Source of the DNA: Hormoscilla sp. | GTDB lineage: Bacteria > Cyanobacteriota > Cyanobacteriia > Cyanobacteriales > Desertifilaceae | NCBI GenBank assembly: GCA_051439505.1 | Contig: JBFRWI010000070.1 | Span: forward strand, 1 to 64,000 | DNA length: 64,000 bases | Direction of reading: 5' to 3' | Notes under the pieces: generated by a model | The model's database searches: none | The model's input: the letters and a program-made list of their open reading frames with translations, nothing else | Told to the model about the DNA's origin: nothing | Shown here: positions 20,201-30,369 of the stretch, one piece after another | Position numbering within the stretch: position 1 is the stretch's first letter | Layout of the letters: every line of letters starts with the position of its first letter | Made by a program: the position numbers and the translations under genes

Positions 20201-20529
20201 TTCAGCAGGAAACTGCCGACGTGCTCAATGGGATGGAAATCGGGACATCGGAAGTGGTAACTGGAACTCAACTGGTCAGTCAGACTAAGCAAACTTTACA
20301 AGGGTTGACGGAGTTGTCTGGGCAGATTGACCAGTATCTACAGGATGTGGCCGCTAATACGGTGGCTCAAACAGAAGCATCCAGGTCAGTCAATGAACGG
20401 ATGGAAAGGGTGGCCAATATTGCGGTGAAAACCTCGAACGAAGCCCAAAGCGTCAGCAGCTTACTGGCAAAATTGGTGACACAAGTGGCAACATTACAAA
20501 GCTCTGTAGAACGGTTCCAGGTGGAATAA
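17230..20529 (+). CDS. Methyl-accepting chemotaxis protein with three N-terminal TPR-like modules, periplasmic sensor, HAMP and MCP signal domain
   Basis: NLLAFNASIEAARAG..G.GF..VA..VR.LA; two TM segments; 141-bp repeats at 17320, 17590, 17848; start may be the ATG at 17251. Confidence 0.92.
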   Translation: MKSRERKMQHLQDQELGSQAPLAENTDSAGEELIEKLLQANICEQAGEIGKAISLYEEIVARDGEGTYGLSAQKALESLPSAGGKPPSDRKHQSGLDPGNGKTPPEDRPGDNLEGTEAEVEDLIDKLLQANIWEQSGEIDKAIGLYREIIAIDGEGSYGLSAQKALEGIEGQGSWQQQEAEVAGEKEKIPTQTHENSNSGAAAVEVGDLIEKLLQANSWEQAGEIDKATGLYEEIIALDPEGSYGLSAQKALEALGKPAVSITVPSEQPGEIAPEAGAPSVELQQGQWIKLNPLTRGKGPKGLGKRWGNLGVRTKLSVLLIGAAVLPMVAATVAMVWLGSKNALMAEKEKLKSNLDGWEKEYVLWQRDDSSNDAETLARLVTANGVNLSDSAAVETNKADLLRLLREATTAGDKLRPELTKSFWIFTDAEGRSVAQTAKIQLQPAQNAAGYPLLPGENSKPSAADFEMLSTPVSINMAELPIVKKVLETGEPLRGVELVPWEYLAPLGLSEQTKIRGRTTGETAGETVEVYRTGLTSMAVYPVRVNDRMVGTAIVGVLLNGNYALIDHVGQVYDIPWLSLFAQRWMVNTTVADRESGTRAIGTLAAPAVTEAVIARGSELLQTEQVNGVKYIRMYRPVYDHQQQLNPGSAKPVGMISAARQQPELAQLLAGPQLLGLSIGTIMLVLVLLVGLGVASALARELRSLASFAERLGSGDRGTRLATTGKTDEVGLLALQLNEMASSIESNIDRVSRAEENRRQEVEQQRLAKEKLQRQVIELLMKIEGAQQGNLTVHIPQMEGEVGAIADAVNATIRSLRQLVSKVKTVTSQVTQEASESEVSVGKLSTAALTQSQELTQALVEVVEISDSIDRVAQSSQEAAHLARSVAEAAELGDAAMDKTVVSMDNIRTAVANTAKKAKRLAESSQEISQMVEIISAISEKANLLAFNASIEAARAGSQGQGFREVAEQVRGLAQQVSESTQNIEQLISSIQQETADVLNGMEIGTSEVVTGTQLVSQTKQTLQGLTELSGQIDQYLQDVAANTVAQTEASRSVNERMERVANIAVKTSNEAQSVSSLLAKLVTQVATLQSSVERFQVE

Positions 20530-20750
20530 TGAGTTGTCAGTTGTCGGCGGCACCGGAGGCAAGAAATTAGAGATGGGAGTAAAAATACTGATAAAAAGGA
20601 GATGCGGGGAATTCCCGAAGGTAAGTTATGAGTTGCTTGACAGCTTAGGCATGGAGAAGGGAAAATGGACAAGGCAGCTAAATTGGCAATTAGCAATTGA
20701 CAATTTCCAAAAGGAAAGAAGATAAGTAAGTAAAAACAACAGGGAGAGTT

Positions 20751-21119
20751 ATGGCGAAGAGCATATTAGTAGTAGAAGACGGTCACGCAGAACAAAAGAT
20801 AGTTAAAGGTCTCCTGGGTCATGCAGGGTTTGAGGTGGCGATCGCCAGCAATGTAGATGAGGGATGGGAGTGGTTACAGAAAAATGACAGTCCGAATTTG
20901 ATCATTTTGGATATTGTCATGCCAGAAAAAAGTGGCCTGGAACTATGCAGGATGATTAAGGAAGATGAGAATTTAAAAGAAATACCGATAATATTTTGCA
21001 GTTCAAAAAGTGAGGAGTACGATCAGTTTTGGGCATTGCGGCAGGGAGGAAAAGCTTACGTAGTGAAACCGTATGCTCCGAAGGACTTGCTGGATACGGT
21101 ATATGAACATATCCAGTAA
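20751..21119 (+). CDS. CheY-like single-domain response regulator
   Basis: ILVVED, ILDIVMP, FWALRQG, YVVKPY. Confidence 0.93.
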   Translation: MAKSILVVEDGHAEQKIVKGLLGHAGFEVAIASNVDEGWEWLQKNDSPNLIILDIVMPEKSGLELCRMIKEDENLKEIPIIFCSSKSEEYDQFWALRQGGKAYVVKPYAPKDLLDTVYEHIQ

Positions 21120-21259
21120 GGAATAAAAAAACAGAAGAATGAAAGCCATTGAGAAGGCTTTCAGCTTTTCTGTTTGAGCGAAGAGGGCGACAGCGAGGGA
21201 AAGGCGGGGAAGAAGATCGAGATCCAGAAAGCGGAAAGAAAAACCAGGAAGCAGGGAAA

Positions 21260-23881
21260 ATGAACAATAATAAATTAACGGCGACAGTTGACGAAACGGA
21301 AGTATTACTGGAGAAACTGCTGCTGGCGAATAGCTTGGAGCAAACAGGGAAAAATGAAGAGGCCAAAAAGTTATATGAAGAAATAATCATCAATGATAGA
21401 GAGGGGGGAACCTATGGAATAAGCGCTCAGAAAGCCCTGAAAAAGCTGCTGGAAAAAGACCCCGAAGCGGCATCGAGTGCCGGGTCGGAGGAAAGAAAGT
21501 TATGGGAAAGAAAGGAAAGCGAAGCAACGGTAGCAGAAAAAGCAGGGGTCAAGAAGGGGAGAAAATGGCCATTGCGGCTGATTCTGGTAGCACCGTTTGT
21601 ACTGCAAATTGTGGCAGCAGTGGGAGTGACAGGGTTTTTATCATTTAAGAATGGGCAACAGGCAGTTAACGATCTGGCGACGGAGTTGCGGAGCGAAATC
21701 ACGGAGAGGATCGGGCAGCAACTGAACAATTACATAGAAATAACCAATTTGCCCAATCAGCTCAACAGCAATGCGATGGATCAGGGAATATTGAATGCAC
21801 GAGATTATAGCAGATGGGAGAGGTACTTAGGAGATCAGCTGCGTTCCTTTAAGGATCTGAGTTACATTTCTTTTGCTGATGAGGATCGGGGGGAATACCT
21901 TTCATATATCCGCCTGCGGGATGGGAGGTTTGTTATTGAAAGAGCAGGTCCGGAAACAAATTGGAAATATTCTACATATAATGTGGACGATCGGGGAAAG
22001 AGAGCAGAGTTGCTCAGATCGGGAGATGAACGGTACGATCCGCGAACAAGGCCGTGGTACAAAGCGGCAGTAGCGGCAGGAAAAACCACATGGACCAATG
22101 TGGAAGTATGGAAAAACCAAAAGACGCTGTACATTGATGCGGTGCAACCGGTATATAATAGTAAGAAAGAATTGGTGGGAGTGCTGGATGCAGGGTTTAC
22201 TCTAGAACAAATAGGGTATTTTTTACAGAGTCTGAAAATCGGGAAAACGGGACAGACGTTCATCATCGATCGTGGGGGTTTGATAATAGCAAATTCGACG
22301 CAAGAGTTGCCATTTGTAGAGGGAGAGGAAGGGGAACTAGAAAGGATTTATGCGGTAGATAGTAGGGATCGTTTGACGAGGGGAACGGCGGAGTATTTAA
22401 CAGATAAGTTTAAGAGCCTGACGAAGATAGTCGCCAGCGAACAGTTAAGCTTCAATCTGGAGGGAGAACGGCAATTTCTGCAAGTAAGGCCGTTTAAGGA
22501 CGATCGGGGACTGGACTGGTTGATTGTGGTGGTGATTCCCGAAGCAGACTTCATGGAGCAGATTAATGCAAACACCCGCAACACAATAGCCCTGACGGTT
22601 GTAGCATTGTTAGTGGCCCTAGGAGTGGGAATCATCACGGCATACGGGATCAGTAACCCAATTAGACGGTTGAACGACGCAAGTAAGGCGATCGCCAGTG
22701 GGGAATTGGACCAACAAGTAGAAGTGGAAAGGATCTATGTAGATGAACTAGGCAGTTTAGGTTCCTCGTTTAACCAAATGGCCTTGCAGTTGCGAGAGTC
22801 CTTCGAGGTGCTAGAGGACAGGGTGCAGGAACGGACGGTGCAGTTAGAGGAAGCGAGAATAGCGGCAGAAAAGGCCAAAAGTGCCCTGCAACAGGGAGTG
22901 ATGAATCTCCTGTTGGAAATAGAAGGGGCACAAAGAGGAGATTTGACAGTGCGTGCGGAAGTGACGGAGGGTGCTGTAGGTTCGATCGCTGACGCTTTTA
23001 ATAGTACGGTCGGGAGTCTGCGAAATATAGTGTTGCAGGTGCAAAAGGTGGCAAACCAGGTGAACGATCTGGCCGATAGAAGTGCCCCCTCAATGGAGCA
23101 ATTGTCTACAGACGCAGTCAGGCAGGCGTCGGAAATTAATTATACCTTGAGGAAGGTGGCAGAAATTGGGGAGTCGATTCAAAGAGTGGCCTCCTCGGCC
23201 AGGGAGGGAGCCGCGATCGCTCAAGCGGGGGCCAAGACAGCCCGAGAAGGACAAGAGGTGATGGATCAGACGGTGCAGAGCATCGAAAATATCCGGACTG
23301 CTGTGGAAGAGACGGGCCAAAAAGTGGACCGGCTGACGGAGTCTTTCCAGCAAATTCAGCAAATCTTGAAGACGATTTCTGGGATCTCGGAACGGACTAA
23401 TCTGGTGGCTTATAATGCCTCGATCGAAGCCTCCCGGGCGGGAGAACTCGGAGTTGGCTTCCGAGTTGTGGCTGAAGAGGTGCGTCGGCTAGCAGGAGGG
23501 GTGACGGACGCTACCAAGCAGATCGAGAAGATTGTCGAAGTTATTCAAAAGGAAACGGTAGAGGTGCGATCGGCCATGGAAACAGGAACGGCAGAAGTGG
23601 CATCTGGAACTCAATTGGTAGACAAAACTAAGCAGATTTTGCAAGGGTTGGCAGATATCAGTAAAAAGATCGACCTGTATATGGAATCGATATCGAAAAA
23701 TACGGCCAACCAAGCAGATGCTTCTCAGGATGTCAACCAGATGATGGAACAGGTGGCCAATATTACTTCCGATAGTTCTAGCAAAGCTCAAAATGTAACG
23801 GATTCTTTGCAAGATTTGGTGACGGTGGCAAAAAGTTTGCAGAAGTCAGTCTCCCGGTTCCGCTTAGAAAAGAAATCATAG
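21260..23881 (+). CDS. Methyl-accepting chemotaxis protein with one TPR-like module and dCache-HAMP input
   Basis: YDPRTRPWY dCache motif, [19 protein letters not shown]; start set at ATG MNNNKL (ORF track opens at 21149). Confidence 0.9.
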   Translation: MNNNKLTATVDETEVLLEKLLLANSLEQTGKNEEAKKLYEEIIINDREGGTYGISAQKALKKLLEKDPEAASSAGSEERKLWERKESEATVAEKAGVKKGRKWPLRLILVAPFVLQIVAAVGVTGFLSFKNGQQAVNDLATELRSEITERIGQQLNNYIEITNLPNQLNSNAMDQGILNARDYSRWERYLGDQLRSFKDLSYISFADEDRGEYLSYIRLRDGRFVIERAGPETNWKYSTYNVDDRGKRAELLRSGDERYDPRTRPWYKAAVAAGKTTWTNVEVWKNQKTLYIDAVQPVYNSKKELVGVLDAGFTLEQIGYFLQSLKIGKTGQTFIIDRGGLIIANSTQELPFVEGEEGELERIYAVDSRDRLTRGTAEYLTDKFKSLTKIVASEQLSFNLEGERQFLQVRPFKDDRGLDWLIVVVIPEADFMEQINANTRNTIALTVVALLVALGVGIITAYGISNPIRRLNDASKAIASGELDQQVEVERIYVDELGSLGSSFNQMALQLRESFEVLEDRVQERTVQLEEARIAAEKAKSALQQGVMNLLLEIEGAQRGDLTVRAEVTEGAVGSIADAFNSTVGSLRNIVLQVQKVANQVNDLADRSAPSMEQLSTDAVRQASEINYTLRKVAEIGESIQRVASSAREGAAIAQAGAKTAREGQEVMDQTVQSIENIRTAVEETGQKVDRLTESFQQIQQILKTISGISERTNLVAYNASIEASRAGELGVGFRVVAEEVRRLAGGVTDATKQIEKIVEVIQKETVEVRSAMETGTAEVASGTQLVDKTKQILQGLADISKKIDLYMESISKNTANQADASQDVNQMMEQVANITSDSSSKAQNVTDSLQDLVTVAKSLQKSVSRFRLEKKS

Positions 23882-23934
23882 TCAGCTGTTAATGGAGAGC
23901 AATTGTCAAGTGTAACGAATCAGGAGGAATTAAT

Positions 23935-26676
23935 ATGAGTTACGCAATAGATCCGGCAGTATTAGAGGCGATCGCTCAAGAGGCGAAGCAGAGTTTTTTA
24001 GAGGAAGATGCCCCAGGATATCTGGAAACATTGCAAGAAGGTTTGCAGCAGATAGATGGGTCTCCAGATTACAAGGTATTGATGCGGGCGGCACACTCAG
24101 TTAAGGGTGGTGCGGCAATAGCGCAGATGCCAGGGTTGAGCAAGCTGGCTCACAAGTTGGAAGACTTGTTGGAAGGATTTAACCACCAACAGGTAAAGGA
24201 TCTAGAGTTGGGTAAAAACCTACTGCAACAGGGATTGGAAGAACTAGCTTTTATGCTGTCAGAAGCTCTGCGTTCGGAGTCGGACGTGGAGGCTGACTCA
24301 CAATTGTTAGAAATGCTAGATATATTTAATAGCAGTCTGCAAGAAGAAACATCATTAGAAGAGTCGAAACAGGAAAAGACGCGATCGCCCGGGAAGGTGG
24401 GACTGATAAAAACAGCCCTGGAATCGGATTTAGAGGAATGTCTGACAACAGCAGAAAAGATTTTACAAGAGTCAACAGCGCCGTCAGATATATTGGACGG
24501 GATGATGACCTTGGTAGATGAATGCATGTTGCTGGGAGAAGCATTCGATCTGCCTTGGTTAGTGGAAGCGATCGCGCCCCTAGCCGAAGCGGTGGATAAA
24601 TCACCTCCAGATTCAGGTCTGGGAAAATTGGCGTCAGAAACAATCGCCAAGGTGCGATCGCAACGAGCCCAGTTTATCGAAGAAATCAGCAGTCCGACTC
24701 CGCCAGCAAAGGAAACAGCGGACCACCGAACAGATACAGTAGACCAAAAACCAGCTTCAGAGAGTGGGGAAGCAAATGTAGCAAAAACACCCAACTCTCC
24801 AGCGGGAGGACAGGGTGGAGGAGCTGCTGCTCCCTCCCAACTACGGATCCCACTGGAACGGATCGACGAGATGGGTAGTATTGTTGGGGAATTGATTACC
24901 TCTCACGAACGGTTGACTATCCAACAACAACAAATCAAACAAGCAAGCCAGAATCTCAGACGGATAGTCGATCAAGTAAAGCCAGTCCACGACCAGGTGC
25001 GGGTGCTCTACGATCAAATGTTAACGGTAACGGCGGCAAATACGATAACAGATCCAGCTCAGAGTATGGGAGAGTTCGACTCTCTGGAGATGGACCGCTA
25101 TACGGCCCTGCATAGTAGTTTGCAGACCTTTGAGGAACTGATCACCCAGATTCAAGAAACTCGTGTAGACATCGATTTGGTCAGCGGAGAGTTAGCACAA
25201 GAACTCAACCAAGTGCGGGTGGAACTGACCAGACTCTACAGCGACGTGACTGAGTCGCGCTTGGTGCCTTTTCAAACCTTTGCTCAGCGGTTTTTGCCCC
25301 AGTTGAATCGTCTGACTCAGCGGCTGGGCAAGTCGGCGCAATTGGAGATCGAGGGGGAAAATGTGTTAGTCGATAAGGTGCTAATCGAGCAACTCCAGAC
25401 TCCGCTCACCCATTTATTAAATAATGCCTTAGACCACGCGATCGAATTGCCCGGGGAACGGGTGGCTCTGGACAAACCAGCAACAGCAAAAATTCAGTTA
25501 GGAGCGAAAACCCAGGGCAATGAAGTGGTGGTTACGTTTACCGATGACGGGCGGGGCATTGACCTGAAGAAGATTTATCAGAAGGCGATCGACAAGGGCC
25601 TGTGCGATCCAGATCGGTCGATGAATCAGTTGCGCAGGGAAGAGATTCTGAATTTTATTTTCCAATCGGGATTTTCGACTTCTGCTCAGGTGAGCGATGT
25701 CTCTGGTAGAGGCGTGGGGCTGGATATCGTGAAGACTCAGGTGCAACAATTGCGAGGCAGTCTGGAATGCGATACTCGTCCGGGACAAGGTACGACTTTT
25801 ACGATCCGCTTACCCCTGAGTTTATCGTTTTTATCTTTGTTGCTCTGTCAGGTAGGGCAGCAAATGGTGGCAATTCCCACAGATAGCATCTTGGAGGTTA
25901 TTCCCTATAATGATATGCTGCCCGTGCTCCAGCAGCATATCTCTTCGGTGACTTGGCGCGAACAGTTGTTGCCTTTGAGGTCTTTGACCTCGCTGTTGCC
26001 CTACAACAATGCGATCGGTTCTTCAGCATCAGTCACCCCGAAAGTGGCTTTGATTGTCAATGGTTCTGATTCTCCGATGGCCGTGACGGTGGACGCAATT
26101 GTAGACGAACGCCAACTGATTATCAAATCCTTTGATGATACGGTGCCAGTGCCTCCTTACATTGCTGGCTGTACAATTTTGGGGACGGGGGAGGCGGTGC
26201 CAGTGGTGCTGCCACGGTTCCTGAAGCCTCAAGGGGGTAAGCAAGGGAGTCAGCAAAGCTCCAAAGAAGCAACCCAGACACGGCCAAATAGAATCACTAA
26301 TCGTACTATCCTGGTAGCGGAAGACTCGACAGGGGCACGACGTTCTATAGAACGGATCTTAACCCAGGCCGGTTTTGCAGTGATTGCCTGTCGGGATGGA
26401 CAAGAAGCCTTAGAAGAATTGCTGCGACGCCAGGGGGGGATAGATTTAGTGCTTTCTGATGTAGAAATGCCCCAACTTAATGGCTTTGATTTGCTTCAAA
26501 AGATTCGTACTCACTCCTTCTGGTACTCTTTACCCGTGGTGATGCTGACCTCGCGCACGGGCGATCGGCATCGGCAAAAAGCTATGAGTCTGGGCGCTAA
26601 TGACTATCTGGGCAAACCTATTACTCCTGTTGAGTTATTGACTGGAATTGATGCTTTAATTCCTGCTTCGGCCTGA
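23935..26676 (+). CDS. cheA: CheA-like hybrid kinase (Hpt, HATPase, CheW, receiver)
   Basis: RAAHSVKGGA, NALDHAIE, DDGRGID, GFST..VSDVSGRGVGLD, C-terminal receiver. Confidence 0.95.
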   Translation: MSYAIDPAVLEAIAQEAKQSFLEEDAPGYLETLQEGLQQIDGSPDYKVLMRAAHSVKGGAAIAQMPGLSKLAHKLEDLLEGFNHQQVKDLELGKNLLQQGLEELAFMLSEALRSESDVEADSQLLEMLDIFNSSLQEETSLEESKQEKTRSPGKVGLIKTALESDLEECLTTAEKILQESTAPSDILDGMMTLVDECMLLGEAFDLPWLVEAIAPLAEAVDKSPPDSGLGKLASETIAKVRSQRAQFIEEISSPTPPAKETADHRTDTVDQKPASESGEANVAKTPNSPAGGQGGGAAAPSQLRIPLERIDEMGSIVGELITSHERLTIQQQQIKQASQNLRRIVDQVKPVHDQVRVLYDQMLTVTAANTITDPAQSMGEFDSLEMDRYTALHSSLQTFEELITQIQETRVDIDLVSGELAQELNQVRVELTRLYSDVTESRLVPFQTFAQRFLPQLNRLTQRLGKSAQLEIEGENVLVDKVLIEQLQTPLTHLLNNALDHAIELPGERVALDKPATAKIQLGAKTQGNEVVVTFTDDGRGIDLKKIYQKAIDKGLCDPDRSMNQLRREEILNFIFQSGFSTSAQVSDVSGRGVGLDIVKTQVQQLRGSLECDTRPGQGTTFTIRLPLSLSFLSLLLCQVGQQMVAIPTDSILEVIPYNDMLPVLQQHISSVTWREQLLPLRSLTSLLPYNNAIGSSASVTPKVALIVNGSDSPMAVTVDAIVDERQLIIKSFDDTVPVPPYIAGCTILGTGEAVPVVLPRFLKPQGGKQGSQQSSKEATQTRPNRITNRTILVAEDSTGARRSIERILTQAGFAVIACRDGQEALEELLRRQGGIDLVLSDVEMPQLNGFDLLQKIRTHSFWYSLPVVMLTSRTGDRHRQKAMSLGANDYLGKPITPVELLTGIDALIPASA

Positions 26677-26832
26677 GTCGTACCCGCTCGGCATTTAGCT
26701 CATTTGCTGACCGGGTCCGATCGCCGGCTCGGACTGACCCGTTTTGTGCTATGCTTTCACTAACCACATCTGGGCTTTAAGGCCGGGAGTTTGCTAAACT
26801 TGAAATTGATAGATTGATTCATAAGTTTACTA

Positions 26833-28137
26833 ATGACAGCTACTCAAGTTGCTTCTCGTTCCCTCGTGGAAATTGCCCAGCTCACCCGACAAGCGGCCCG
26901 TCAACTGGCAGGACTTTCTACGGCAGATAAGGATCGGGCGATCGAGGCGATCGCCCTGGCCCTAGAATCATCCGCTGCCGACATCGTTGCTGCCAACGTC
27001 GCCGACTGCCAAGCTGCAACAGCGGCGGGCATTGCCAAACCCCTCTATAACCGGCTGAAGCTGGACGAAACTAAACTCAAAGCCAATATTGCTGGGGTGC
27101 GAGATGTCAAACGCCTAGCAGATCCAGTGGGTGTGGTGCAAATTCATCGGGAACTGGACAGCGGACTGATCCTGAAGCGGGTTACTTGTCCTCTGGGTGT
27201 CTTGGGGATTATTTTTGAAGCCCGTCCGGAAGCGGCAATTCAAATATCTGCCCTGGCAATTAAATCTGGTAATGGTGTTATTCTCAAAGGTGGCAAAGAA
27301 GCTACTCGCTCCTGTGAAGCAATAGTCAAAGCTATCCGTCAGGGATTAGCTCAAACAGCCGTTAACCCAGAGGCAGTGCAACTGCTGACGACAAGAGCGG
27401 AAACGATGGAACTCTTGAAATTAGATCGATACGTTGACTTGATTATTCCCAGAGGTTCCAATTCCTTCGTGCAGTTCGTGCAGGATAATACCCGCATTCC
27501 CGTACTAGGACATGCTGAGGGTATTTGTCACGTTTATGTAGATAAAGCTGCCGATATCCAGAAGGCTGTTGCTATTACCGTCGATGCCAAAACTCAGTAT
27601 CCCGCTGCTTGTAATGCGATGGAAACTCTCCTCGTTCACCAGGACATGGCCCCAGAGTTTTTACCCCTTGCCGCTCAGGCAATGCTTGCAGAACATGTTA
27701 AACTCAAGGGATGCGATCGCACTTGCGCGATGCTCGATATTGCAGCAGCGACAGCAGCAGACTGGGCAACCGAATACAGCGATTTGATTCTCTCGATCAA
27801 AATTGTGGATTCTCTGGCAGAGGCAATTGACCACATCAACAGCTATGGTTCCAAGCATACCGATGTCATTGTCACGGAAGACCCTGCTGCTGCCACGACA
27901 TTTGGAAATCAAATTGATGCTGCTGGAGTATTTCATAACTGTTCTACTCGCTTTTCTGATGGCTTCCGCTATGGCTTTGGTGCGGAGGTGGGAATTAGCA
28001 CCCAACAAATGCCTCCTCGCGGTCCTGTGGGGTTAGAAGGGCTGGTAACCTATAAATATCAGATCGCGGGTGACGGTCACATTGCCGCCACCTACACGGG
28101 GGCGAATGCTAAACCTTTTACTCATAAAGATTTGTAA
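26833..28137 (+). CDS. proA: Gamma-glutamyl phosphate reductase
   Basis: [56 protein letters not shown]. Confidence 0.97.
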   Translation: MTATQVASRSLVEIAQLTRQAARQLAGLSTADKDRAIEAIALALESSAADIVAANVADCQAATAAGIAKPLYNRLKLDETKLKANIAGVRDVKRLADPVGVVQIHRELDSGLILKRVTCPLGVLGIIFEARPEAAIQISALAIKSGNGVILKGGKEATRSCEAIVKAIRQGLAQTAVNPEAVQLLTTRAETMELLKLDRYVDLIIPRGSNSFVQFVQDNTRIPVLGHAEGICHVYVDKAADIQKAVAITVDAKTQYPAACNAMETLLVHQDMAPEFLPLAAQAMLAEHVKLKGCDRTCAMLDIAAATAADWATEYSDLILSIKIVDSLAEAIDHINSYGSKHTDVIVTEDPAAATTFGNQIDAAGVFHNCSTRFSDGFRYGFGAEVGISTQQMPPRGPVGLEGLVTYKYQIAGDGHIAATYTGANAKPFTHKDL

Positions 28138-28140
28138 TTG

Positions 28141-28340
28141 GTAGGGTGGGCACCGCCCACCGATTTCCGATAATCTTGTGAAAAGAATTGGGAATTAGTA
28201 GGGTGGGCACCGCCCACCGATTTCCGATAATCTTGTGAAAAGAATTGGGAATTAGTAGGGTGGGCACCGCCCACCGATTTCTGATAATCTTGTGAAAAGA
28301 ATTGGGAATTAGTAGGGTGGGCACCGCCCACCGATTTCTG
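28141..28340. repeat. 57-bp tandem repeat x3.5 carrying a GTAG-type REP palindrome (GTAGGGTGGGCACCGCCCACC)
   Basis: Units at 28141, 28198, 28255, 28312 with nearly identical linkers. Confidence 0.95.
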
Positions 28341-28369
28341 GGAAGAACGTTACCCGCCAGTCGTTGCTT

Positions 28370-28510
28370 TGAGGATCTCTCTTGAACCTCAAAAGCTCTC
28401 CCTTGAGCCTCAGAAGCTCACAGTTGAGGCACTAGAAGCTGAAAGTTGAGCTTCTGAAGCTCACAGTTGAGGCACTAGAAGCTGAAACTTGAGCTTCTGA
28501 AGCTCAAGTC
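28370..28510. repeat. Degenerate 21/42-bp tandem array (TTGAG....GAAGCT)
   Basis: GAAGCTCACAGTTGAGGCACTAGAAGCTGAAA occurs twice 42 bp apart; degenerate flanks. Confidence 0.8.
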
Positions 28511-28566
28511 TCAGGTTGAGATCGCTTAACAATTAGCAAAATAATACCAACCATCATCCCCAAAAT

Positions 28567-29595
28567 ATGCAACGTCTTTTTATTAAGCGAAAAATAAAGT
28601 TAGCAAGTAAAAGGGCACTGGTAAGGCTAGCCATTCTCGGTGTCATGCTCTCGATTATAGTAGGAGGAGTTTGGTTCGTGATGATTAAAATGCCAGGAAA
28701 AAGCTACGCCGGTGAGTTGCCACCGCTGACGCCACAGGAACAACTGTTGCAAGAGCAACTGCGCGTCGATGTTACCCAAATTGGCAGCTCAGAGCACAAC
28801 TATGTGTTCTACGACCAGCTATTGGAAACTGCTGACTTTCTGTCAAGTGAGTTGGCGGCTGCTGGGTATGAGGTAAACCGCCAAGGATATGAAGTGAATA
28901 AACAATTATTCGAGAACCTGGAAACGGAACTTCCGGGCACGGATAAAGCTGATGAAATTATTGTTATTGGCGCTCATTATGACTCGGTAGTCGGGGCTCC
29001 AGGGGCTAATGATAACGGCACAGGTGCGGCGGCGGTATTGGCGTTGGCGAGGGCGTTTAGGCAGAAACCCACTTCCCGGACTCTGCGGTTTGTGGAGTTT
29101 GTGAATGAGGAACCGCCTTTTTTCTGGACGGAAAATATGGGCAGTCTGGTTTATGCTAAAGCATGCCGCGACTGGGGAGACAATATTGTCGCTATGTTCA
29201 GCCTAGAAACTATGGGTTACTTCTCCGACGCGCCGGGAAGTCAAGAATACCCATTTCCCTTAAACCTAACCTATCCCTTGACTGGCAATTTTATCGCTTT
29301 TGTGGGTAATATGGATTCTGGTAAGCTGCTGCGCAATGCGATCGGCTCTTTCCGCCGCCATACCCAGTTTCCCTCTGAGGGTGCGGTTCTCACCAATGCG
29401 CTTTCTGGTGTTGGCTGGTCAGATAACTGGTCGTTTTGGCAACAAGGTTATCCTGCTATTATGGTGACAGATACCGCTCCTTTTCGCTATCCTTACTACC
29501 ATACAGCAGAAGATACCCCCGATAAGGTAGATTATGCTAGGCTAGCACGAGTGGTGGCTGGTCTGGAGCGGGTCATCGCTGAACTAGGGTCTTAA
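28567..29595 (+). CDS. M28 family metallopeptidase with N-terminal membrane anchor
   Basis: GAHYDS, GANDNGTG, NEEPP, SLETMG, YHTAEDT. Confidence 0.92.
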   Translation: MQRLFIKRKIKLASKRALVRLAILGVMLSIIVGGVWFVMIKMPGKSYAGELPPLTPQEQLLQEQLRVDVTQIGSSEHNYVFYDQLLETADFLSSELAAAGYEVNRQGYEVNKQLFENLETELPGTDKADEIIVIGAHYDSVVGAPGANDNGTGAAAVLALARAFRQKPTSRTLRFVEFVNEEPPFFWTENMGSLVYAKACRDWGDNIVAMFSLETMGYFSDAPGSQEYPFPLNLTYPLTGNFIAFVGNMDSGKLLRNAIGSFRRHTQFPSEGAVLTNALSGVGWSDNWSFWQQGYPAIMVTDTAPFRYPYYHTAEDTPDKVDYARLARVVAGLERVIAELGS

Positions 29596-29638
29596 TTTTT
29601 TCCAACAGTAGAGAGGTGAGAAGTGTTTAATTCAGTGT

Positions 29639-30214
29639 ATATTTGTCGAAGGTAAAGATGAAAACAAAATTGAATTACTTTGAAAACCTCTGGTAATATC
29701 GGGAATTCAAATTCAAGTTGCTGAAGGTGCAGATAATTTACGCTTATTTGTGGAAATGTTGACAATAGATGCCAATTTTCATACAGTGACATCGCTAGGA
29801 ATTGTTAGGGATGCAGATGAAAACGCGGCCAGGAAATTTCAGAGTGTATGTGATGCTCTAAGAAATGCAAATTTGCCATTTCCCAGCGAACAGATAAGGC
29901 CGACAGGCGATCGACCGCAAGTAAGCGTTATAATTCTGCCAGATACCACAAGTCCAGGAACGTTAGAAACACTGTGCTTGCGAACAGTTAGCGAAGACCC
30001 AGTGATGAGTTGTATCGAGGAATATTTCGACTGCGTGCAGCAACGGGTGGCCAAACCGCCCAAAAGTAAAGATATGGATAAAGCTAAAGTGAAGGTGTTT
30101 TTGGCTTCAAGAGAGGATCCGACATTGCTGCTGGGACAAGCGCGAGAGCGGAAATACTGGAATTGGGATAGCCCTGCCCTCTCTCCAGTAAAAGAATTTA
30201 TGCAAGCACTATAG
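29639..30214 (+). pseudogene. DUF3226-like (TOPRIM-type) protein, disrupted 5' end
   Basis: IFVEGKDE in frame with the 29750 ORF but TGA at 29681-29683; GIVRDAD, ILPD...GTLETLCL, DKAKV motifs. Confidence 0.65.
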
Positions 30215-30236
30215 ATGAAAATCAAGTTAAAGTATC

Positions 30237-30338
30237 GTGGATGGCATGCATATGACAGGTATTAGCTGTGATGGTAACACCGGTATATTGCCGGAAGAAC
30301 GGATGCTGGGATAATGGTTTGAGGTAGACTTGACGTTA
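30237..30338 (+). pseudogene. Degenerate duplicate of the first 34 codons of folB
   Basis: Colinear with 30370-30471; CAA to TAA stop; shared TGGTTTGAGGTAGACTTGAC. Confidence 0.88.
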
Positions 30339-30369
30339 AACTAGAGATGAAGTCTGGAGTCAAAAGCTG

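Noticed and set aside
28141..28340. Possible CRISPR array (palindromic repeat plus 36-bp linker)
   Set aside because: Linkers are essentially identical, so it is a tandem REP duplication; ORFs 28118-28331 are repeat artefacts
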